This document shows, piece after piece, positions 45,945 to 55,732 of a stretch of DNA of 64,000 bases (position 1 is the stretch's first letter; the number at the start of each line of letters is the position of its first letter). The stretch covers positions 162 to 64,161 of the forward strand of contig CAMVEM010000002.1 of the NCBI GenBank assembly GCA_947166515.1, given 5' to 3'. The position numbers and the translations under genes were made by a program. Below the pieces are notes generated by a model. The model was not told where the DNA came from. It saw nothing but the letters and a program-made list of their open reading frames with translations, and did not search any database. Source of the stretch: an uncultured Clostridia bacterium (lineage in GTDB: Bacteria; Bacillota; Clostridia; Oscillospirales; Ruminococcaceae).

Positions 45945-46700
45945 TTATCGTGCTAACCAGCCGCCGTCAACAGCAAGCGTGAATCCGTTTACATAATCGC
46001 TTGCGGAAGAAGCAAGGAACACCGCCGCACCCATAAGGTCGTCCGGAGTTCCCCACCTTCCGGCGGGTATTCTTTCAAGTATCGCGGCACTTCTGTCTGC
46101 GTCGCTGCGAAGCGCCTGTGTATTGTTGGTAGCCATATATCCGGGAGCTATCGCGTTAACGTTGATGCCATACTTCGCCCACTCGTTCGCCATGGTCATC
46201 GTTATGCCCTTGACTGCGGACTTGCTCGCGGTGTAGCTTGGCACTCTTATGCCGCCCTGATATGACAGCATGCTTGCTATCGCAATTATCTTTCCGCCGC
46301 TCTTCTGCTTCATGAACTGCTTTGCAGCCGCCTGAGAAAGGAAGAAGAGTGTGCGGCAGTTTGTGTTCATAACGACGTCCCAGTTCTCGACCGAGAAGTC
46401 GATGCTGTCCTCGCGCTTTATGATACCCGCGTTGTTCACAAGTATATCAAGTCTGCCGTACTTCTCAACGGCTGTATTGATTATCGTGTCAATCGGATCA
46501 AGCGAAGAAAGATCGGCTGTAATGTATGAAAAATTCTCTTCGCCGAGCATCTTCAGAGTGTCATCACTCGGGGATCTCGAAACTCCGAGCACCTTTGCGC
46601 CGGCTTCAACGAACGCCTTCGAGATGCCCTGACCGAGGCCGGTGTTGCTTCCCGTAACGATTGCGACCTTGCCTTTTAAGCTGAACATATCCAGTATCAT
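45945..46700 (-). CDS. kduD: 2-dehydro-3-deoxy-D-gluconate 5-dehydrogenase
   Basis: TGSNTGLGQG, NNAG, SMLSYQGGIRVPSYTASKS, RIPAGRWG; start reassigned to 46700 behind GGAGG. Confidence 0.96.
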   Translation of the reverse strand: MILDMFSLKGKVAIVTGSNTGLGQGISKAFVEAGAKVLGVSRSPSDDTLKMLGEENFSYITADLSSLDPIDTIINTAVEKYGRLDILVNNAGIIKREDSIDFSVENWDVVMNTNCRTLFFLSQAAAKQFMKQKSGGKIIAIASMLSYQGGIRVPSYTASKSAVKGITMTMANEWAKYGINVNAIAPGYMATNNTQALRSDADRSAAILERIPAGRWGTPDDLMGAAVFLASSASDYVNGFTLAVDGGWLAR

Positions 46701-46819
46701 AAATGCTACCTCCATAGATTTCCGACCCATTGCGGATCGTTTATATTGCAGTCAATCACAGTATCTGCGGAAAAAAACGTAAATCTTTTTCGTCCGCAGA
46801 TATTGGATCTGTTACTATT

Positions 46820-46887
46820 ATTTTAAATCCAAATATGTATAAAAGCGATAACAAAACCGTTTTGATTTATGGACATATCGGATAATT
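46820..46887 (-). promoter_or_regulatory. Putative activator-dependent promoter of the kduD operon
   Basis: Minus-strand TAAAAT -10 with weak -35; 21-bp box at 46867-46887 shared with 60774-60794. Confidence 0.45.
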
Positions 46888-46891
46888 CCTG

Positions 46892-47890
46892 TCAGAATAT
46901 TCCCAACATTACGAGTGCTGTCACATATATGAAGATCGTGACTGTACTCACAAGGCTTGTCCACACTACAAGCTGTCCGGCGAGCTCATCGTCCGATTCC
47001 ATTTCCTTTGCCATGATAGCGGAAGACACCGCGACGGGTGTTGCAAAGACACCGACAAATGCGGCAAAATGCTCACCTGAGAAATTAAGGACATTCCGGA
47101 GCATATATGCTGCTGTAAGTCCGAGCAGAGGTACCGCGACCGTCCTCGTGAAGGTTCCGAAAACGATCTCTTTCCAAAGTCTCGGGACTCCGGAAAACTC
47201 AAATCTCCCGCCAAGCACGATAAGCGCGAACGGCGTGCATATCGACTTTACGCTTTCAAGCGACTTGTACACTATCGTAACATCGCTGAGACGGAAGCTT
47301 ATATCGCACATCACGAATATCTCGCGCAGCCCGACAACCGCAAGTCCCGCGACAGTTCCTATGATAAGAGGATTGGTCACGATACCGAGCATTATCTTTC
47401 CGATATCGGGCTTGTGCTTTTCGGCATTTCCGCTGAATATCGTAAGCGTTACCACCGCAAGTATGTTAAACAGCGGTATGCAGAACGCGGACATCACTCC
47501 CGCCGCAGCTGCTCCCTTGTCTCCGAACAGAGACGCGGCCAGCGGTATGCCTATGATAGCATAGTTCGAGCGGAATACCGCCTGTATCAGCGCTCCGCGT
47601 TTCGCATTATCCTTTGTGAAGATGCAGCATACGATCACCGCGAGCAAGAAAACTGCGACAACGGCAAGCACTCCGTAAAGCACAAAACCGATGTTTATAT
47701 CGCCGAGCCGCTCTATGCCATAAACGTTGCAGAACAACATCACCGGAAGCAGCACTCTGAAAGTCAGCTTGTTGCCGACATCAAGGAATTCCTTCGTCAG
47801 CAGTCCGACCCGCTTCAGAATATATCCGAGAACAATGAGTATCACGATCGGCATTACGGAATTCGCCGCAAATATAAACGCATTCGTCAT
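46892..47890 (-). CDS. AEC (auxin efflux carrier) family transporter
   Basis: NKLTFRVLLP, FRSNYAIIGIP, TPVAVSS..MA; about ten TMs. Confidence 0.88.
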   Translation of the reverse strand: MTNAFIFAANSVMPIVILIVLGYILKRVGLLTKEFLDVGNKLTFRVLLPVMLFCNVYGIERLGDINIGFVLYGVLAVVAVFLLAVIVCCIFTKDNAKRGALIQAVFRSNYAIIGIPLAASLFGDKGAAAAGVMSAFCIPLFNILAVVTLTIFSGNAEKHKPDIGKIMLGIVTNPLIIGTVAGLAVVGLREIFVMCDISFRLSDVTIVYKSLESVKSICTPFALIVLGGRFEFSGVPRLWKEIVFGTFTRTVAVPLLGLTAAYMLRNVLNFSGEHFAAFVGVFATPVAVSSAIMAKEMESDDELAGQLVVWTSLVSTVTIFIYVTALVMLGIF

Positions 47891-49290
47891 TTATCGTGCC
47901 TCATGAAAGGATAGTAATCTCTGAGATAATTCCCGGTGGCGGCGATCATAGAGTCAAACAGTTCCCGCGCATCGACCAGTGAAAGGCTGCTGCAGAGCGG
48001 CTGATTCACAAACGCCTCGAATATGCGCTCACTGTCGCGGTTCTTTATCCCGTAGTATGTGTTTTCAATGTTCAGCGCATTACGTAGCACAAGGGCGTTC
48101 ACATCTCCCGGCAATGGCCTTGACACTATCGGCTTCAGACTGTCCTGTGAGAAAACACAGTTTGTCTCTACGACCGACCCGATCGGAAGTCCGCTCATCT
48201 GTCCGACATTCACCACGTTTGCGTTTGAAACCTTCGCAGGTATGAGTCCAAGCAGAGCTTTCATAAGTTCAACGACTTCCTCGTCGCTCCGCTTTACGCT
48301 GACAGGCTCGGCGCCGTCTGCGATACGACGTGAACTCTCAATTTTCTGCGCTGCGTCTTTTCTGCGGTAATCGACCGTTGTCAGATGATAAAACCAGCTT
48401 TCCGCGTCTGCTTTATTTTTTATGTACCACGAGTTGTTCATGAACTCGACCAAGTGTCTGTCGCCCGCAGCGGCAAGCACTCCGAATCTCATGAAAAGAT
48501 CCATTTTGACCTTGTTTCCGTAGAGGAACGGATCATCTCTGAACCCGTCCGGAGCGATCCCCTCGCGCTCGCAGTAGCCGGTCTCGTAATATTTATCAAT
48601 AAACTCCGGCAGTATCTTCAGAAGATCGGTTCCGTTATAGTTTGCTTCTGTTATCCATGTAAAATGATTAATGCCGCACGCGTCGATAATGATGTCCTGC
48701 CGCTTAGGGCGCGGAACTCCGAGCATCTCGTGAGCCGCGCAGCACAGAAATTCCTGCGCATGGAATACTTCATGGCAGCAGCCGAAAGCCTTTATTTCCG
48801 GGAAAACATCGTACAGTGTCTTTGTGCATACGGTCATCGGGTTGGTGAGATTGATCACCCATGCGTCCGGACAGTGTTCTTTGATCTCCCTGGCAAAGCC
48901 TTCATAGATCGGCACCGTGCGCATAGCGCGGAGCACGCCTCCGGGTCCCACAGTATCTCCGACAGACTGATATATTCCATACTTCTCCGGCAGATGAACG
49001 TCGGCTTCCATTTCATCGAACGTACCCGGCAGAATGGAACATATCACGAAGTCAGCTCCGTCAAGAGCGCCGCCGATATGCTCATACACTTTGTAATCCC
49101 ACTCAGAGACCGTGTACGGCGATGCGTTTATACGTCCGCCTATACGTCTGTTTATCTCCGCCGAAGCGAAGTCGATGTCATAGAGCGCTATCTCTCCGCC
49201 AAGTCCCTCGGCAAGCGCGAGGTCGTTCATGAACACTCTTGCCCACATCTTCGACCCGCCGCCTATATACGCAATTTTTATATTTTTCAT
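47887..49290 (-). CDS. GH4 alpha-galacturonidase (LplD-like)
   Basis: IAYIGGGS, QSVGDTVGPGG, NLTNPM, and the CHEV motif characteristic of GH4 alpha-galacturonidases. Confidence 0.9.
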   Translation of the reverse strand: MKNIKIAYIGGGSKMWARVFMNDLALAEGLGGEIALYDIDFASAEINRRIGGRINASPYTVSEWDYKVYEHIGGALDGADFVICSILPGTFDEMEADVHLPEKYGIYQSVGDTVGPGGVLRAMRTVPIYEGFAREIKEHCPDAWVINLTNPMTVCTKTLYDVFPEIKAFGCCHEVFHAQEFLCCAAHEMLGVPRPKRQDIIIDACGINHFTWITEANYNGTDLLKILPEFIDKYYETGYCEREGIAPDGFRDDPFLYGNKVKMDLFMRFGVLAAAGDRHLVEFMNNSWYIKNKADAESWFYHLTTVDYRRKDAAQKIESSRRIADGAEPVSVKRSDEEVVELMKALLGLIPAKVSNANVVNVGQMSGLPIGSVVETNCVFSQDSLKPIVSRPLPGDVNALVLRNALNIENTYYGIKNRDSERIFEAFVNQPLCSSLSLVDARELFDSMIAATGNYLRDYYPFMRHDK

Positions 49291-50432
49291 TTATTCACAT
49301 CTTCCGTGAGCTGTCTTTTCACTTCGGTGTAGCACAGTACGAACGGTGCCACACCCTTTGCGTCATTATCTACGACCGGCTCAGAAATATAATATTCATA
49401 GCTTCCGTCACGCCGTTTGTCGCACTCCGGTCCGAGTCCCGCAACAAGGCATATACCGCCGAGATCGAACTCTCCCGCATCGTTTGTTTTCAGGTATTTT
49501 TCGCAGATACCGTCGAAGGTCTTTCTTCCCTGCGCGGCATATTTCGGGTCAAGCACTCCGAGTCTTGCGCCCTTCATCATAGCATACGCTATCATGCTGC
49601 TTCCGCTCGTTTCAAGGTAGTTGCCTTCTTTTCCGCCGCAGTCAGCGACCTGATAAAACATTCCTGTGTCGGGATCCGCGTACTGTGCGACCCCGTCAAT
49701 GACCTCGCGGAATATCCCGCAGAGCTCGTTCCTGTTGTCTTCGTTGTCAATATAGTCGATGATATCCGCAAGCGCTACGGTGAACCAGCCGATAGCGCGG
49801 AGCCAGAAATTCTTTGAAAGTCCGGTCTCCTTATCCGCCCAGAACACAGTCTTTGAGCAGTCTAACCCGTGATACAGCAGCTTCTTGTTCTCGTCGAACA
49901 TATACTTCCGGACATTTCGTATCTGCGACATTGTGTCGGAATAGTCACCGCCGCCGAATTCCTTCTGAAATCTCACACAGAAAACCTGCGACATATAGAT
50001 GCCGTCAAGCCATACCTGATGAGGATATATCTTCTTGTGCCAGAAATTCCCGGTTATCGTGCGGGGCTGCTTTTCAAGCTGTTCATGGATAAAAAATATC
50101 GCTGTCCTGTATTTTTCCTTTCCGGTCGCCTTGTAAAGATCAAAAAGTACTCTGCCCTCATTCACATCGTCAAGGTTGAACTTTTCAGGAAAATAGCCGC
50201 GGATGCTGCCGTCATCCCTTACATAGTAGTTTATGAACTTTTCGGAAAAATCATAGTATTTCTGCTTTCCGGTTATTTCCGCAACACTCAGGAGCGCGGT
50301 TATCATGCAGCCGTCAATATAGTTCCATACCGGATCCTTGCCCTGACGTATCTTTTCAATGTTCCAGAGCGGCCTGTCAGGCGCGGAGCCGTCAACCAGT
50401 CTGTTTATATAGCTTTCAATATTGTCGTACAT
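49287..50432 (-). CDS. GH105 unsaturated (rhamno)galacturonyl hydrolase (YteR-like)
   Basis: WNYIDG, NLDDVN, FWHK, QVWLDGIYM, FWLRAIGW, NYLETSGS. Confidence 0.92.
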   Translation of the reverse strand: MYDNIESYINRLVDGSAPDRPLWNIEKIRQGKDPVWNYIDGCMITALLSVAEITGKQKYYDFSEKFINYYVRDDGSIRGYFPEKFNLDDVNEGRVLFDLYKATGKEKYRTAIFFIHEQLEKQPRTITGNFWHKKIYPHQVWLDGIYMSQVFCVRFQKEFGGGDYSDTMSQIRNVRKYMFDENKKLLYHGLDCSKTVFWADKETGLSKNFWLRAIGWFTVALADIIDYIDNEDNRNELCGIFREVIDGVAQYADPDTGMFYQVADCGGKEGNYLETSGSSMIAYAMMKGARLGVLDPKYAAQGRKTFDGICEKYLKTNDAGEFDLGGICLVAGLGPECDKRRDGSYEYYISEPVVDNDAKGVAPFVLCYTEVKRQLTEDVNK

Positions 50433-50434
50433 AA

Positions 50435-51976
50435 TTATCCTTTATTCAGTTCTCCGACGTTGCCGGTCATCAGCTCGTCGCCGTCGCAGCCTTCAACGCT
50501 GACATTCTTGATAGTTAGCTTTCTTACGTTGTCAAAATACATTCCTGCCCTGCATAGCTCCTTGTTGTTGTTTTTCATAGAGGGGAAACCGGGCTGTGCA
50601 GCAGGGTCGTATGTAAACTTTATGTTTTCGAGCGTTATGTCATCTATAGGCATTTCCGGAAGTCCGTCGCAGTAGCACGCGGCGACATGACAGTTGAGAC
50701 ATTCCATATCACGGAACGTGAATTTACCGAGATACGGCGTTCTGTCATCGACCGGCAGCTTTTCGCGCGTGGTATTGTACTCGGAATACCTGTCCGGGTC
50801 GCAGCAGTTGTACCACATATTCATAACTATCGGAGTAAGCACTCCGTCCATTTTCACATTCTCGAAAAGCACCCCGTCGATCACAGCGAGTTTTCCTCTG
50901 CCGCGGCGCGTCTTTATGCGTATCCCGCGGTCGGTATGCTCGAACAGACAGCGCTCGACTGTGAGATCTTTCACTCCGCCGGCCATTTCGCTGCCGAGGG
51001 TTATCGCGCCGTGTCCGAAGCGCATCACGCAGTTTCGGATCGTGTGGCGGCTCGCAGATCTTCTGAACTTTCTGGCGAGCTCTATCTTTCCTGACTTTAT
51101 CGCAATGCAGTCATCTCCGACGCTGAACCTGCAGCCTATGATATTCACATCATCGCAGGCCTCGGGATCGAGCGCGTCAGTATTCGGGCTGTTCTTCGGA
51201 GCATTCACCGCAAGATCAAGGAAATCGAGTCTTTCGGAGAAGTACGGGTGAAGCTGCCACGAAGCGGAGTTCTGTGCAGTAATACCATGAATGGTGATAT
51301 TTTTGCAGCGGTTAAAAAAAATAAGCCTCGGACGCGCTGTTTTCTGTTCCTTGACATTTATCCACCAGCTGCTGTTTCCGGCATTTCCGTCAACGGTTCC
51401 TCTCCCGACGATATTTATATCCTCGGCATATTCCGCAGACAGAAGCGACTGATGCATAGGAACGGCGTTGCCCTCCCATGCTCCGAAATGCACTGACTCG
51501 CCGGTTACGATATCGGCAAGCTCCCCCGGTATCACCGGGTACAGTGCGGCATCAGTGTGTCCGAGCAGAACTGCTTTTTCCGAAAGCTCTATTGTTATGT
51601 GACTTTTAAGACAAACAGGTGCTATATAATACACACCCTCGGGAAAGTACAGACGGCCGCCTGCGGGCAGGCAGTTCACAGCTGTCTGTATGCTCTGAGT
51701 GTCGTTGGTGACACCGTCGCCGACTGCTCCGAAATCCTTGACGCTGACCGCGCAGGTCTCGGCTGCCGTGCGGAACGTGAGAGCCTCGTGTCCTGTAACG
51801 CACAGCTCATACTGTGTATCGGGAGTCAGATCAAAAAGCGAGAAAACGTTCGTATCCGCTGTGAACAGCTCTTTGCCGTTAAGCGATACTGTATATCTGC
51901 TGCCGCTGTTGTATGCGAGAGCATTGTCAAGCTCGAAGCACGCGCTGACCGAGCCCGCAAACAGTTTTTTTATCAT
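50435..51976 (-). CDS. GH28 (exo-)polygalacturonase with N-terminal Fn3-like domain, no signal peptide
   Basis: DFGAVGDG, SPNTD, GDDCIAIKSG, GHG, RGIRIKT. Confidence 0.93.
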   Translation of the reverse strand: MIKKLFAGSVSACFELDNALAYNSGSRYTVSLNGKELFTADTNVFSLFDLTPDTQYELCVTGHEALTFRTAAETCAVSVKDFGAVGDGVTNDTQSIQTAVNCLPAGGRLYFPEGVYYIAPVCLKSHITIELSEKAVLLGHTDAALYPVIPGELADIVTGESVHFGAWEGNAVPMHQSLLSAEYAEDINIVGRGTVDGNAGNSSWWINVKEQKTARPRLIFFNRCKNITIHGITAQNSASWQLHPYFSERLDFLDLAVNAPKNSPNTDALDPEACDDVNIIGCRFSVGDDCIAIKSGKIELARKFRRSASRHTIRNCVMRFGHGAITLGSEMAGGVKDLTVERCLFEHTDRGIRIKTRRGRGKLAVIDGVLFENVKMDGVLTPIVMNMWYNCCDPDRYSEYNTTREKLPVDDRTPYLGKFTFRDMECLNCHVAACYCDGLPEMPIDDITLENIKFTYDPAAQPGFPSMKNNNKELCRAGMYFDNVRKLTIKNVSVEGCDGDELMTGNVGELNKG

Positions 51977-51989
51977 AAGTGCTCCTTAC

Positions 51990-52631
51990 TTATTTCTTTA
52001 TCCTGTTTCCGGAAGCCTTTGCGGCGGCATCACGGAATATTGATTTAAAAGTTCTTTTTATAATGATGAAAAGCATATCAAATCCGAGATAGAACAGGCC
52101 GAAAAGTATCGGCTCAACCCCGAGCATTGCCTCTTCCTGCGTGCCCGAGACATCAGCATTCACGCCCATCATCACATTGATAGCATAATATGTGCGGAAA
52201 ACGCAGTACAGCAGGACTCCGGCATACAGCACATTGAGGAATATCGACCAGAATTTCCTGACGGTCACCATCATCCATTTGTCGTTTTCGCCCGGTTCTC
52301 TTTCAAAATGACGAAGCGACCTGTTCACCAGGACATCGGTCACAACGCCGAGACCTATCGCAAGCACGACCATAAGATCTATTCCGTGCAGATAGATACC
52401 GAGCCCCCAGAGAAAGAAGTAGCAGACCGCACCCGCAAACCAGAATTTCACAAACACGATCTTGAGCCACATCGGGATATGCAGTTTTTTCTTAGAGGTG
52501 TATTTTTTGATCTCTGCCTCGGAGACCTCCGGCGCATTCTTTGCGTCAACAAGACGATCTACTGCGTCGGTTTTCAGATCATAATAGCCCGCGGCAGATC
52601 TGCCGGGATCTTTTTTCTTTTTCTCAGCCAT
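51990..52631 (-). CDS. Uncharacterised membrane protein (~4 TM)
   Basis: Hydrophobic segments incl. KFWFAGAVCYFFLWGL, VEPILFGLFY; tight operon spacing. Confidence 0.8.
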   Translation of the reverse strand: MAEKKKKDPGRSAAGYYDLKTDAVDRLVDAKNAPEVSEAEIKKYTSKKKLHIPMWLKIVFVKFWFAGAVCYFFLWGLGIYLHGIDLMVVLAIGLGVVTDVLVNRSLRHFEREPGENDKWMMVTVRKFWSIFLNVLYAGVLLYCVFRTYYAINVMMGVNADVSGTQEEAMLGVEPILFGLFYLGFDMLFIIIKRTFKSIFRDAAAKASGNRIKK

Positions 52632-52661
52632 TTACGGTAAACCTCAGGAGATCGCTCAGGA

Positions 52662-53243
52662 TCAATCGTCTTCTCCGGAAATATCAATTGCCTCCATATT
52701 CTCGTTGCCCTCGACCTCGATAGATGTCTTGATCTTTCTGATAGCTTTTGAATATACCGGAAGCAGCGCGAGCAGCACAGCGGTCACAACGATCAGAATT
52801 ACATGCGCGGCCACAACGTCCTGCGCATAGAGGATATACATTGACTGCTCATCTACGATTATCGGGTTTTCAGCTCGGGTCTGTGCGGTGATGATTCGCG
52901 TGATATATACCACATCGACGAATACTATCAGTGCAAGCATGAAGAACAGCAGTCCGAGCATTATTTTATTTGCTTTTTTCCGTCGAGGAAATGTTCTTAA
53001 AAAGACAACGAAAGCAAGTATTGAGAACAGCATCGCAATGAATTCGCACTGACCCATATTCGCGCCGTTGATCCTTGCGGTCGTATTCGCTATGACCGAA
53101 AGGTTAAGTGAATAAATGAGAAACGCAAGTACCAGGAAAACAAGCGGTATCCTTTGCGGCGAACGCTTCAGCGATACCATGGACTTGCGGAAGAACTCCC
53201 TGATACCGCGGCCCTGCTTATTAGCGGGATTCTTGTCTGCCAT
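52662..53243 (-). CDS. Uncharacterised membrane protein (4 TM, acidic tail)
   Basis: Four hydrophobic segments; basic loop FPRRKK; RBS AAGGGG. Confidence 0.8.
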   Translation of the reverse strand: MADKNPANKQGRGIREFFRKSMVSLKRSPQRIPLVFLVLAFLIYSLNLSVIANTTARINGANMGQCEFIAMLFSILAFVVFLRTFPRRKKANKIMLGLLFFMLALIVFVDVVYITRIITAQTRAENPIIVDEQSMYILYAQDVVAAHVILIVVTAVLLALLPVYSKAIRKIKTSIEVEGNENMEAIDISGEDD

Positions 53244-53256
53244 TGCCGTTTCCCCC

Positions 53257-54315
53257 TTATCTTATGGCGTTTGTGGTTTCCTTGTCGAAGAAATGCTTTC
53301 TGTTGAAGGATACCTTGACATTATCGCCGTACTTGTAATTGCACCAGTCGCGGAATTTGCACGTTATCTTATGTTTTCCAGCGAAACCGTTCACCAGTGT
53401 GTTCTGTCCGAGGTTTTCGTTGGAATTTACTTCTACATTTATGGTTCCGCCCGGAACAACATTCTCCGGACGAACGCCCAGTGTTACAGTCTTGCCCTCA
53501 TAAGCTGCGAGAAGCTGCTTTTCCTCGGGCGTGAGATCAACAGTAAAGTCGGCGCATACCGCCTTACCGTTCTTTATCTCAACATCGAACAGGTTCATCG
53601 GAGGAAGTCCGATAAATCCGGCCACGAAAAGATTCGCAGGCGTATCGTAGAGTTCGAGCGGAGTACCTATCTGCTGAACATGGCCCATTGACATACATAC
53701 TATTCTGTCTGCAAGCGTAAGCGCTTCGGTCTGATCGTGAGTTACATAGAGCATCGTTGCGTGCAGACGCTTATGGAGCAGCAGTATCTCGCGGCGCGTT
53801 GCGCTTCTGAGCTTTGCATCGAGGTTTGAAAGCGGCTCATCGAACAGGAATACCTTCGGCGTACGCACGATAGCACGACCCATGGCAACTCTCTGACGCT
53901 GACCGCCGGAAAGCTGTGCCGGCTTCTTGTTGAGCTGGCTTGTAAGATCGAGTATTTCCGCCGCCGCCATGACCTTCTGGTGTATCTCATTTTTGTTCTG
54001 CTTGCGCAGCATGAGCGAGAACGCCATATTCTCGTAAACTGTCATGTGACCGTAGAGCGCGTAGTTCTGGAATACCATTGCGATATCGCGGTCTTTAGGC
54101 GGCATCTGTGTTACATCCTTGCCGTCTATGATGAGCTTACCTTTGGATATATCCTCAAGTCCCGCAACCATACGAAGAGTCGTGGATTTTCCGCAGCCGG
54201 ACGGTCCGACAAGTACTATGAACTCGCCGTCGTTTACTTCAAGATCGAAGTCATAGACAGCCTGTACTTTATTATCATAGATCTTTTCGAGGTGCTGTAA
54301 TTTAAGATTACTCAT
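53257..54315 (-). CDS. Sugar ABC transporter ATPase (MalK/MsmX family), paralogue 1
   Basis: GPSGCGKST, VFQNYALY, LSGGQRQR, FDEPLSNLD, YVTHDQ. Confidence 0.95.
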   Translation of the reverse strand: MSNLKLQHLEKIYDNKVQAVYDFDLEVNDGEFIVLVGPSGCGKSTTLRMVAGLEDISKGKLIIDGKDVTQMPPKDRDIAMVFQNYALYGHMTVYENMAFSLMLRKQNKNEIHQKVMAAAEILDLTSQLNKKPAQLSGGQRQRVAMGRAIVRTPKVFLFDEPLSNLDAKLRSATRREILLLHKRLHATMLYVTHDQTEALTLADRIVCMSMGHVQQIGTPLELYDTPANLFVAGFIGLPPMNLFDVEIKNGKAVCADFTVDLTPEEKQLLAAYEGKTVTLGVRPENVVPGGTINVEVNSNENLGQNTLVNGFAGKHKITCKFRDWCNYKYGDNVKVSFNRKHFFDKETTNAIR

Positions 54316-54330
54316 TTATCGTTCCCCTGA

Positions 54331-54831
54331 TCATTTTTTATCAAGCTCAGCCTGATGTTTCCTCAGTGTTGTTGTTTTCATTACGCCTATCACGCCGGCG
54401 ACCACAAGCAGTGCCGCTGAGATGCAGAGCAGTATCACCACATAATTGAACTGGTCGTCCTGCATTACTTTCAGATGTTCGGAACCGACCACGGTGCTCT
54501 GAGTTTCATGCGCTTCTCTCGGAAGATAGAATATTCTTCCGATCTGCAGCAGACCGACAACTATCGAAGTATATGCATATCCCATTTTGTAATTCTTTAC
54601 TCCCTCGGAGCAAAGAAACGCGACAAGCATGAATACAAGGTTATATACGATCGAAGCGCCTATGAATAATCTATAGTAATAATTTCCGACGTCCGTTCTG
54701 TATATGCTCACGAAGTAAAGCGCGTTTGCTGCGATCGCGGCAAGTATCATTGCCGATGATGTCTTGTTTTTGGTAAATCTCAGGCGATCTCTTTTTATCA
54801 CAGCAGCACTGTTTTCTGTCATCTCAATCAC
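54331..54831 (-). CDS. Uncharacterised membrane protein (4 TM)
   Basis: Four hydrophobic segments; closely coupled to the upstream gene. Confidence 0.8.
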   Translation of the reverse strand: MIEMTENSAAVIKRDRLRFTKNKTSSAMILAAIAANALYFVSIYRTDVGNYYYRLFIGASIVYNLVFMLVAFLCSEGVKNYKMGYAYTSIVVGLLQIGRIFYLPREAHETQSTVVGSEHLKVMQDDQFNYVVILLCISAALLVVAGVIGVMKTTTLRKHQAELDKK

Positions 54832-55420
54832 CCTTTCCGCTTCCGATCGCTTTCTGTTCTGCCTTCATCACTATCGCCTTGAAGCGAACGTTCAGTACAA
54901 GCAGCACAGCTGTCAGAATTACTATTCCGAATACTACATAGCAGATATCGAACCAGAACGTGTCGTTCGGTCCGATAAAAAGCGTTTTCCAGACCTTTGA
55001 GAATTCCTCAAGCGCTTCAAAATCCACATTGTTCTGATATTGTGCCTTATAACTGAATATCTGCGGCAGGCACCATATCGATACCGCAAGCTCGGCCGCA
55101 ACTACAAGACCCGTTGCTATATAGTTGCCAATGTAATACTTGCGGCGTGAATGCGTGTTGGTCACAAACAATGCCAGAGTGATCACCAAAAGCACGATAG
55201 AAACGGTTGTGAATGCCGAGTTGAATTCAAAAGATTCATAATAGACCATAGCACCCGGTACTCTTTCTTCCTGCCATTCGGTCCCCGGATAATCGACAGC
55301 CTTGCTGAATGCATCGTACATGTCGGTCGAGAAACCAAGAGAGCATACGAATACCAGTGCAGATGCTATCAGTGCCATATAACATACGATTTTCTGGAAT
55401 ATCATTTGTTTCTTGTACAT
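54824..55420 (-). CDS. Uncharacterised membrane protein (4 TM)
   Basis: Four hydrophobic segments; basic loop HSRRKYY; RBS AAGGAAGG. Confidence 0.8.
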   Translation of the reverse strand: MYKKQMIFQKIVCYMALIASALVFVCSLGFSTDMYDAFSKAVDYPGTEWQEERVPGAMVYYESFEFNSAFTTVSIVLLVITLALFVTNTHSRRKYYIGNYIATGLVVAAELAVSIWCLPQIFSYKAQYQNNVDFEALEEFSKVWKTLFIGPNDTFWFDICYVVFGIVILTAVLLVLNVRFKAIVMKAEQKAIGSGKGD

Positions 55421-55438
55421 AATAACCTTCCTTTATTT

Positions 55439-55712
55439 GAAGGTTTCTTCTGTGCGCGCATCGTGCGCGATCCGGAAACCTTCTTTACGGCGTCCTGCCG
55501 TACCCGGCATTAATGTTTTTCGTTTTGGTTATTGCTTCACCAATAAATTCCCGTCAGTGTGATACCTGCCGTACCAAAGCCGCTTTTACGCGGCTCTGAG
55601 GCGACGGGTATTTTGAGGACAAGAAGAAAAGAAATTCATTGGTGGAGCAATAACACGATCCGGCTCCGGCACTGCCGCGCTATTGCGCGGCAGCGCCACT
55701 TCGGAACGGATC
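55439..55712 (-). other. Highly structured intergenic region downstream of the binding-protein gene
   Basis: Stems at 55439-55483, 55528-55544/55638-55654 (16/17) and 55657-55712. Confidence 0.7.
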
Positions 55713-55732
55713 ATATTGAAGGAATTGGCTTA

